Position numbers and translations under genes: made by a program. Shown piece by piece: positions 54,740 to 64,000 of a DNA stretch of 64,000 nucleotides. The stretch is taken from positions 90,520,001 to 90,584,000 of the forward strand of contig NC_043003.1 of assembly GCF_006345805.1 (NCBI RefSeq), read 5' to 3'. The stretch is from Octopus sinensis. Lineage: Eukaryota. The notes under the pieces are model-generated. The model saw nothing but the letters and a program-made list of their open reading frames with translations. It did no database searches and was not told where the DNA came from. Numbering within the stretch: position 1 is the first letter of the stretch; every line of letters starts with the position of its first letter.

Positions 54740-55560
54740 TTTGCTTGATATGCAGAACTGAAAGGCCTCAAGTGAAGACAAAGGTTTTTACTCAGTAGGA
54801 GAGAAGGCAAGAAAGGTGCAGGTGTAAACTCCATATGCAATGTAAGCTATGGAAACACAAAAGGTGTAATAGAATCACAGGTAGACTAGTAGGGAATGTA
54901 AGCTTCATATGTGACAGATACACTGGAATAGTACATACTATGAGCACACCTGAAATAGATTCTTTTAAATATCTGTCTGGCTCACTAGAGGTAGTTGATC
55001 GATTTTGTTACCTAGGAGATGTAATTAGCAGGGGAGATGGTTGTTCCAAAAGCATTGTAGCCAAGATAAGAATAAAATAGAAAATTTCAGAGAGCAGCTA
55101 TCATTACTGGTCCTTTTCCTCAAAATGAAGGGCAGATTGTATGATGTTTGCTTTAGAACTGTGATGCTGCATGGAAATGAGGCACGAGTCTTGAATGCAG
55201 AGTACTTGAGAATGCTGGAAAAACAAAATATAAAGTGACCATGCTCCATTGGATGTGCAGTGTAAGTGTGCAAGACTAACATTGTACAAAATGTGCTGAG
55301 AGAAAAACCAGAGAGAATAGGAATTAGGTAAAGTGTGCAAGAAAGAAAACTGTGCTGGCATGGACATGCAATGCATATGCATGAAGACAACTGTATAAAT
55401 CTTGATGGTGCTTGTGGAATGGAGAGACACAGGACAACAAGGAAGGAATGAAGTGGTGAAGGTTGATCTCAGGAGCTTGAACCTCAAGGAAGAAATGACA
55501 ATGGACCAAGATGTTTGACAATATGTGGTTCTTGAAAAGGTCCACTGAACACAGTGAAAT
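54740..55560 (+). mobile_element. RTE LINE fragment (end of RT plus C-terminus)
   Basis: CKLWKHKRC...LEVVDRFCYLGDVISRGDGCSKSIVAKIRI, then GRLYDVCFRTVMLHGNEA. Confidence 0.85.
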
Positions 55561-55977
55561 TAAGGTTTGGAAGTGCTGTGTGTATGCATGAGTGTATGCA
55601 CAACTGGGCCCTTTGCTTAATTTCCCACTCAAGATATGCCCACCACCCTTCATCTCTCTAACTGCTGCTTTTATTGATGCCACCTATCTTTTTCACTATC
55701 CAGAACCATTTCACTTGATATACACCCCTCATCCTTAATCTTATTTTCTCTATCCTAAGCATCATTCGTCCTTATCCACCATTCATTACTGCTCAGCCTC
55801 ATCCAACCTGTACAGTTGTTACCTGCTCTTACCTACCATCTCTCCACACTTGTCGTTTTTCAATATATTCCCTTCCCCATCCATTTCCCATTTCTCACTC
55901 TCCTATGAAAATTAAAAGAATGATTATTTACATTATTTACAATTGACGGATATTTGTCCTCACCTTGTTTGTTGTTA

Positions 55978-56021
55978 ACACAACGTTTCGGCTGATAAAC
56001 CCTCGAGCCTTCATCAGGTGT
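55978..56021 (-). ncRNA. Minimal type I hammerhead motif (Penelope-type)
   Basis: ACAC-CTGATGA-A GGCTCGA gggttta TCAGCC-GAAACGTT-GTGT. Helix I is ACAC/GTGT; the palindromic AACGTT replaces helix III. Confidence 0.55.
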
Positions 56022-56091
56022 CTTGGGGAAATTTCGATCTTGGGTTCTCATTCCTAAGGTATTTTGAACCCAGGTTCGAAATTTCCCCAAG

Positions 56092-56135
56092 ACACCTGAT
56101 GAAGGCTGGAGGCTATATCAGCTGAAACATTGTGT
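56092..56135 (+). ncRNA. Mutated minimal hammerhead motif (partner arm)
   Basis: ACAC-CTGATGA-AGGCTG gaggctatat CAGCT-GAAACATT-GTGT. A G>A change breaks the AACGTT palindrome. Confidence 0.4.
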
Positions 56136-57656
56136 TAACAACAAACAAGATGTGGACAAATATTCGTCAAATGTAAATGATGTAAATAATTCCTCATCTC
56201 TTAAATATAGAACTGTAGACAGAAAGATTTCCAACAAGAACATCCTGCCAGTGATGATTTATGACACTGTCCCCTTTTTCCTGCTAGCATATGTCAGATG
56301 AAATTGGTTGAAGCAGGTTTTCCACAGCCTAATGTTCTTCCTGTCACCAATCCATACTGGTTTCCAAGTAAAGTTAACATTTCCCCTATGGCCAGTCATT
56401 ATTTTTCACGGAAGACTGGACACTAACAACATTACTTGTATGAAGGTGGTGCTTGTTTACAGTCATCACACAATATCAAAATAAGTGTACAAACACACAC
56501 AAACATTATACAATGGACATTTTTCAGTTTCCATCAAACAAATTCACTCACAAGACTTTGGTTGACCTGGGGCTATAGTAGAAAACACTTACCCAAAGTG
56601 CCAACACTCACTACCTTTACTTTTATTAACCCTTTAGCATTTAAAGTAGCCATATCCATATCTGGCTCAAATATTCTACCTGTTTTATGTTCAAACTGGT
56701 TACAAGTGACCTCTCACACCTCCCCACAATGTCATTCTAAAAATAAACAATCAATCATCAAAATCTTGAAGTTAGTGCATTATTAATTCAAAACAATGTG
56801 AATATATAATCATCACATTTAACAAAATAATCCTTATGCTGAAGGATTAAACTTTCCAATCTCAACAAGCATCTCACCTGTTTCACAGGTAATTCACCTG
56901 CCTCGTAAGACCAGCAGATTAGGTTTCTTCTACTAAAGTACAGTAAAGCTAAACATCCCATCTTGATTGAATGTTTTCCACATGAATTATCCTCAGCAAT
57001 GCATATCATAAATGAATGGCTAAAAATTTTAATACAAATGACATTTAAACGTGACACTTATGATTAGAGGGTGTAGAGGAAGAGAGGGGGGATCTGCTGA
57101 TTAGGGTTGGCCATGTTTTCTGCACATGAATGTGCAAGCTTTCTTTTATCATTTATCTTTCATTTCTTTCAGTCACTGGAATGCAGGCATGCTGGAGCAT
57201 TGCCATGAAGAGATTTAGTTGAACAAAATTTATTTATTTTTAAGTCTGGTACTTATTCTACCAGTCTCTTTTGCCAAACCACTAAGTTTCAGGGACGTAA
57301 ACAAACCAACACTGGTTGTCAAGCAGTGGAACAAATGCAATACAAACACACATATACGATGGGCTTCTTTCAGTTTTTGTCAGTCAAGTTCACTGACAAG
57401 GCTTTGGTCAGCCCAGGGCTATAGAAGACACTTGCTCAAGATGTTATGCAATGAGACTGACTCCAAGACCACATGGTTGGAAAGCAAGCTTCATACCTAC
57501 ACAGCCATGCTCACAAGTCTCCTTTCTTTGCACCACTAATGTCATTTCAAGGGAAAGACCAGCACTTTAAAGCTGGTACAGTTTGGTACCAGTAGTTGCA
57601 GGAATTGCTGCGGACTGGAAAGAACTGGTATAGATACTGCAAGGCAACTTATATAT

Positions 57657-57730
57657 CAGGGATCCCCAACAACCAGGCCAAGGACCAGTACCAAGCCATG
57701 GAACATTTGGTACCAGACTGAACAGAAAGA
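57657..57730 (+). mobile_element. hAT (MER1/Charlie-like) terminal fragment
   Basis: cagggatccccaac...ggaccagtacc terminal pattern; no second end seen. Confidence 0.4.
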
Positions 57731-57824
57731 ATAAATTTTAAAATTGTATTTCTATTTCAGTGACTATTACAGTCTGTGAGATGTTTTTGCCTTGTATTTG
57801 ACAGAAAATGTAGTGTGCAAGAGA

Positions 57825-58345
57825 GAAGAGTGTGCTGGTATGGTCATGTGATGTGTATGTATGATGTGCCAATCTCTAATTGTGGAGGGTACATGTAGAA
57901 GGGGAAGGCCCAGGAAGACATGGGATGAAATGGTGAGAAAGGATCTTCAGACATTGGGTCTCAGAGGGGATGACAAGGGACTGAGACTTCTGGTGTTTTG
58001 CTGTGCTTGAGAAGACACGTCAAGCTAAGTAAAATCGTGATTGTCCTTTGCTTACAGGCATGTCACCTACAACCCTCTTTCAGCTGAGTGATCCTAATCT
58101 TGCAGGCTATGGGTGCTGGTGCCATATAATAAGCACCTGTGCCAGTGCCACATAAAAGTGCTCATGTCAGTGCTGCATAAAAGCACCCAAGTACATTCTG
58201 AAAAGTGGTTGGTGTTAGGAAGAGCATCCAGTTGTAGCAACCATGCTAATACAGAGATGGAGCCTGGGCAGCTCTTGGGGTGACCAGCTCCTGTCAAACC
58301 ATCCAACCCATGCCACTATGGAAAAATGTACATTAAATGATGATG
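57825..58345 (+). mobile_element. RTE LINE 3' fragment and tail
   Basis: WYGHVM...RGRPRKTWDEMVRKDLQTLGL followed by the shared RTE tail. Confidence 0.75.
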
Positions 58346-59899
58346 ATTATGCCTTTTATTGTGTTTTGTTATGCACATGATTCCCTTGGTCTGTGGAAAA
58401 ATGATCTGGTAGGAAACCAGTCTGTGATGCAAAAAATAATTGGGGTTCACTATTATATATCACTTGAAAAGATCTGCCAATCCACTGCTTTGGGTTGGTA
58501 CATTTTTATCAACCCACAAAAGGATGGAAGGCAAAGTTGAATTCAGTGGGATTTGAACTCGGAGTAAAGAGAATTGGAACAATATAATGTTAATAATATT
58601 AGACAGATATGTTTGACCCTTTGGCATTCAGATTACTTGGTCAAATCTAATGCTTATTTATTCACATTGCTTTTGAATTAATCATGCTCTATCTTGTAGC
58701 TTCAAGATCTCAAAGATTTGACTGTTTATTTTTAAACTGACAATGTAGGGTATGTGTGAGCATAAAACAGGTATGATATCTCGACCAGATATAGCCAATT
58801 TAAATGCTAAAGGTTAAATATACCAAACAACAACAACAGCTGCTGCCGCTGCCACCACCACCACCACCAGTCAGTTTTTCCATGCTGATATGTGTTGGGT
58901 AGGTCAATTAGGAGTCACTGCCGACCTGGGTATGTTAGGGGGATCATGTCTTGCTCTTACACTCAATTTTTTGGCATGGTTTCAACAGCTGAATACTGTT
59001 CCTAACACCAACCACTTTGCAGAGTATGCTATGTGCATTTTATAATGGCACCAGCACTAGAAAGGCTGAGGTGTCCTCAACAAGACTAAAGAATCCTTTC
59101 TAATGTTCAGTGTGTTTATTCATGTGAGGCAACATGATTAGGAGAGTAGAGTAGAGAACAAGATGGGAGATCTAGGAGTACAAGGAGTGAGACGGTGATA
59201 GAGAAAATAACAAAGGAAAAGAGTGAAGGAATTTCAGACAGCTATATGTGGGTTGTTCATAAGGAGATTGAATAGAAAACATAGGAATGGCATCATGGGG
59301 TAAGAGAGAATGGTGGATGTTAATAATAAGAAATAGAGGAGATACTGTGTGAGAAGGAGGGAGAGAGTGATGGATGGCAATAAAGACAGGTGGTGGTGAG
59401 AGCAGGGGGGAGGGAGAGAGAGAGAGATGTTTTCAGATAATCCATAAATGTTGCACTGATGCAGGAGTTAATTCATAATAGCCAATTGCTTGCCTTGCCA
59501 CATCCTGATAGAAAGTCGTGAGTTATGTGTGAGAAATGTTGACAAGGCACAGGCATCGCCATGTGCTTACAAAGCTTGCATTGCAACCACATAGTTTCAG
59601 GTTCAGTCCCACTACATGGCACCTCATGTAAGTGTCTAGACTATAGCCCTTAGCCAACCAATACATTTTGAGTGAATGTGGTAGACAGAAACTGTATATA
59701 GGCCTGATTGCGTGTGTGTGCTGTGTGTGTGTGTGTGTATAAATAAATATATATATCATCATTTAGTGTCTGTTGTCCATGTTGGCATGGGGTGGACTAA
59801 AATGTAGCTAGTATACATCCCCTACCAACACTACTATTATCTTCTGTACATTCATTTTGTCAAGTTTAAATGGTCTCAGCAGGGTTTTCTATGGCAAAG

Positions 59900-60050
59900 C
59901 ATTTCACCATTCATCATCTCTTTCATAAGAATTAACTTCTTCAGATCAATCTTCACCACTTTGTCCCATGATTACCTTAGGCAACTGATAGCTTCCATAT
60001 GCATTGCATGTGCATGAAAGATGCCAGCAAAGTCTTCTCTTTCTCTTCCA
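59900..60050 (-). mobile_element. Highly decayed RTE C-terminal fragment
   Basis: Reverse complement resembles the RP.KTWD.VVKIDLKKLNLMKEM segment of the other copies. Confidence 0.45.
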
Positions 60051-62639
60051 CATGCACAGTGGTTCAAAGAAAGCTATAAAATGTTGCACTGGCACTTAAC
60101 TTTGGGTGCCCAGTTCCTTATAGCAGAAACATATGTAAGTTAATGTATATATCTCCCTAAAGCCAGACACCGGTTCCTTTGTCATTTGTTTATCAATAAT
60201 ATGCTCTCTAATAAGTCGATCATTTATATTAAAGTTCAGAGCACAAAAGATCTAATAATTCACCCCACCTTGCTGCCAAACTTTACTAATGCCATGAAAT
60301 ATAAGTATATTGAGGTCTGACAATTGGTTACGAGCAACCCTCTGCCAATGCATGTAACTCTCAACTCTTAGTCACTCTGTTACTTCTGCTAAATATTAAC
60401 ACACACACATACACAAACATACATATACACACTATTTATGAGTATGTCTATAGTGAAACAGCTTGTTACAAGACTTATTGCAATGAAAATGGGATTAGGC
60501 AGGAGCAGCATTTCCCAACACTGTATCTTTTGGGGAACCCTTTATGTCCATTGAATGTTCCAGATAATCCATATCTAAAAAATCATTATGTATATGTATT
60601 AATACTTTTTCTTTCTCTATCATTTATGTTAAATTTTACGAGATTAAACAAATCAAGAATACTGTCTTTCAGTGGTCTGTCAGTTTTATCTCCATCAGAT
60701 GCCACAAAAGTGTAAGAAATTTCATATTAACCAAGACTTTGTTTAGACCCAAATCCTTTATTCCCTATTAAGATGGTCACTGTTAACATATTTCTACTAA
60801 AACACACTGCCTTTGTTTCAATTAATTTTGAAAATAATGAAGAATTTAGTAAAATATCTTTGTGATTAAATTGATGTTTGGAACAGCAAAATTTTTATAG
60901 AAGGTTTTAATTTAGATCACTTTAAAACAGGAAATGTTGTTGGTATCAAAAGAGTTAAGGGGTAATTTTTCCTCTAAGTTTACCTTGCTAACTAATGAAT
61001 ATGAAATTAAAGACAAAATTATATTTCTAAATAATTAGTTGATTACGATTTCCTGCAGAAACCCTAGTGACCCTCTCATAGGGCCTCAAGTGTTCTTTCT
61101 GAAGGGAACGTCAGTTATAAAAATACTAATCTAAGATGTGATATGAGAAAGGGAGAAAGAGAGAGAGGGAGGGGGGATAGTTATGTGTCAATACATAACT
61201 ATTCTAAATATTAATCCTGTAAATAATAACAAGAAGAAACAATATTTTGTTAAGAAAATGTTTCAGTATATCAAGGATCAATTAATTTTCCAGAAGATGA
61301 AATTTATATGCTGGTGGCTTTGAATTTTTAAATGAAGTTACGTTTCCTATCATATTTGTTTATTTTTCTATAATAGTACAGGTTATGGGAAACATCAGAA
61401 AACCCTCCCATAGTCATTGGTGTTATCATCATCATGTAACATGTTTTCCATGTGGGCATGAGTAGGACGGCTTGATAGGAACTGGCAAGGCCAGGGGTTA
61501 CATCAGGTTCCATCGTCCATTTTGGCTCGATTTCTACAGCTGGATGCCCTTCCTAATGCCAACCACTTTACAGAATGTACTGTGACACCATGATTTGGTG
61601 CTAGTGATTTGGTGGTAATGGTGTCTTGATGCAACTAATGTTTTGCCATGTTCTTTTCCATTACCATCATTGTTTGGACCAATGCACACTGTGCATTTGC
61701 TGTTAGAATGTTTATTGAGAATGGTGATTCTGGGAGGATGTTTTGCTGCATATCATCTTCATTTTATATCCACTTTCCATAGTAGTATCGGTTAGACAGG
61801 TCAACATAGTGCAAGTTGGTTCTTATTTAGAGTTTTCTGTCCTTTGTAAGAGAAGGGACCAAATCTTGCTCAATCCTTTTGGCCTTCTTTATTATAAATA
61901 TAAGAGAGACCATTTCAGAAAACCAGTAACTACTATTAAGGAAATTGATTTATTTGCAACTCTGATAAATGCTAAAATTACACTCACACACACAAACACT
62001 TTGCTTAAATTACCACTGTAAGAAAACCATCAAATTAACTACTGTAAAATGTTCCACTATTGCTGTAAACAGGAAATCAACATTTAAGCTATTAAGGAGG
62101 TTTTGCAAGAAATAATTAGTAAGGAGAGAAGTGAGAACTAATCACAATGATTTTCATTTTCTTTTTTTCTTTTCAGCATGAAATGAATCCACTATCCAAT
62201 ATAGAGTCGCTTTATAGAATTGATCAACTCTGTGCATGTGCACACACACACACACACAACACAAATCAATGAAGGAACTTTTACATAATCACTATCCATG
62301 TTCTCAATGGATTTGCAAAACTCAAAAACTTGTAAGGCGGCAAGGTAGAAAATAAAGGTAGGATGACTAAACAAAAAGAAGTAAAATGCTCTGTTTGACC
62401 AACTTTTGAGTTGTGGGGCTGCACATCAACAGCCATGTGCATGATTGTAACATATTTAACATATTGCAATCATATTTTTATGTAGATTGGTTAACCACAT
62501 CATCGATCTGAGTTACAATAATCATTGTTACTACATGGTCTTAATCACACAAACCAAAGTTTCAATTTCAACTTGGAAATTTAAATATTTAAATTTTGAT
62601 GGCTGCTATGTATAATCTAATTATTTCTAAATAAAATCT

Positions 62640-62817
62640 GTCTTTTACTCACAACAAACTATTACCCACAATGAACTCTCTATTATCCACTGGACTGTCT
62701 CTTACCCACAATGATATTTTTTACCTATAATGATCTGACTTACTCATAATGATCTGTCTTTTACACACAGTGAACTGTCTCTTGCTCACAAAGAACTTGT
62801 TTTTATCCACAACGACC
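62640..62817. repeat. Degenerate minisatellite, about nine units of ~19-21 bp
   Basis: Consensus approximately TCTTACCCACAATGAACTGTC. Confidence 0.75.
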
Positions 62818-63818
62818 CTGATCATCAACAACCAAACATGAAACTTCATCCTAAATAATGTTAATCAAGATAATAGATTAGAGTCCTTAACTGTTTTAGT
62901 CAGGAGGGAAGGTAGTGTTCAAGATCCTTTAAAGAAATAGTGGGAAGGAGTGAGGCAGGAAGGTATCCTCAAAGCAGCAACCATGACCAAATGCTTGCGA
63001 TAGAATAAAGTCTGCTAAAAGCACCGAAGGTATCTAGTGGTGCCATTAAACTGGGTGACAGAGTAAGTCTATCACTCAAGTTCGCCATGGTAGGATTTGA
63101 ACTCAGAATGCAAACAGCCAGAACAAATCTTGCAGTTCAACATTCTTAGTTCCATCAATTCACTACTCTTGGATTGGTATGTTTTTATTGACCCTGAAAG
63201 GATGAAAAATGAAGTTGACCATGGTGAGATTTGAACTCAAAACTCAGAGAGTTGAAATACATATCACATACGGAATATTCTAACTGATGCTTTAATAAAC
63301 TCTGCCAATTCACCAACTAATTTTATCACTACTTGATTAATCTGTAATACATTAATTATATACCCATACATCATGACCTTGTATTGTCTTATCTGGAAAG
63401 CTTAATGTTATGAGGTCTGTGTTAATTATTATTAGTTAATTCTGCAGTTTATTCTATCCTACTACTATAGTTCCATTTCATTCAGTACCTTTTCACCCAT
63501 CAAGCAGCAAGCATCATTCCATTACCGCCATAATAGAATGATTAATTTCCCTGGTATGTTATCCCCATCCGATCAAAGGTCCTAATCTAGACATGATATT
63601 CTTAGTTTTCTATAAGAAATAAAACATTGGCATTCTAAATAAGCAGATGCTAAGCATACCATAAAAAGTAAAACCAATCACAACACACACACACACACAC
63701 ACACACACACATTCTCCTTTATAAGTAATTAGTGCTTAAACCAATTCAATAAATACCGTTTTCTTGCTGTGGAAAGAAGCTGAAAAATGACTGATTTAAA
63801 GTACATAAATGAAACACA

Positions 63819-63859
<41 letters not shown>

Positions 63860-64000
63860 CATATACATATGTGTGTGTGTGTGTGTGTGTGTATTTATAT
63901 GCAAGTATGTATCAATATAACGTTTTCACATTGTAGCTCTTTACCTTTGCAATAAAAGATCAAGTTTATTTCCATAAGAAAGAATGGCATCTTGTGCTTC

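Larger units (their letters stand above)
55923..56190. mobile_element. Inverted pair of Penelope-like element ends (arms about 125 bp, 18-nt loop)
   Basis: 55923-56047 is the near-perfect reverse complement of 56066-56190. Each arm carries CTGATGA...GAAAC, typical of Penelope pseudo-LTRs. Confidence 0.65.

Noticed and set aside
1-64000. tRNA, rRNA or CRISPR features
   Set aside because: Only SINE-head A/B-box-like motifs were seen; no cloverleaf, rRNA sequence or repeat-spacer array.

Overview
AT-rich, repeat-saturated metazoan DNA. The tRNA-derived SINE families, RTE LINE relics and long (TA/CA/GA)n tracts fit an octopus-type coleoid cephalopod; this is inferred from pattern recognition, with no database search. 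It appears to be mostly intronic sequence of one large minus-strand gene. One well-supported 193-nt proline-rich exon lies at 27292-27484, and several weaker small or micro-exon candidates are on the same strand. The gene could not be identified. Nearly all listed ORFs are microsatellite artefacts or transposon relics (RTE, RLE-type LINE, Tc1/mariner, hAT and piggyBac-like MITEs, Penelope-like ends). The most notable signal is a set of six hammerhead-ribozyme-like motifs in three unrelated repeat families. One has a complete type I core with a long helix I (38573-38656), and a relative is a 60-nt tandem dimer (9844-9985). Also notable are putative AG|GT recursive-splicing junctions, two long foldback palindromes and a 3.2-kb purine-pyrimidine-alternating array. 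Coordinates were counted by hand; repeat boundaries are approximate.
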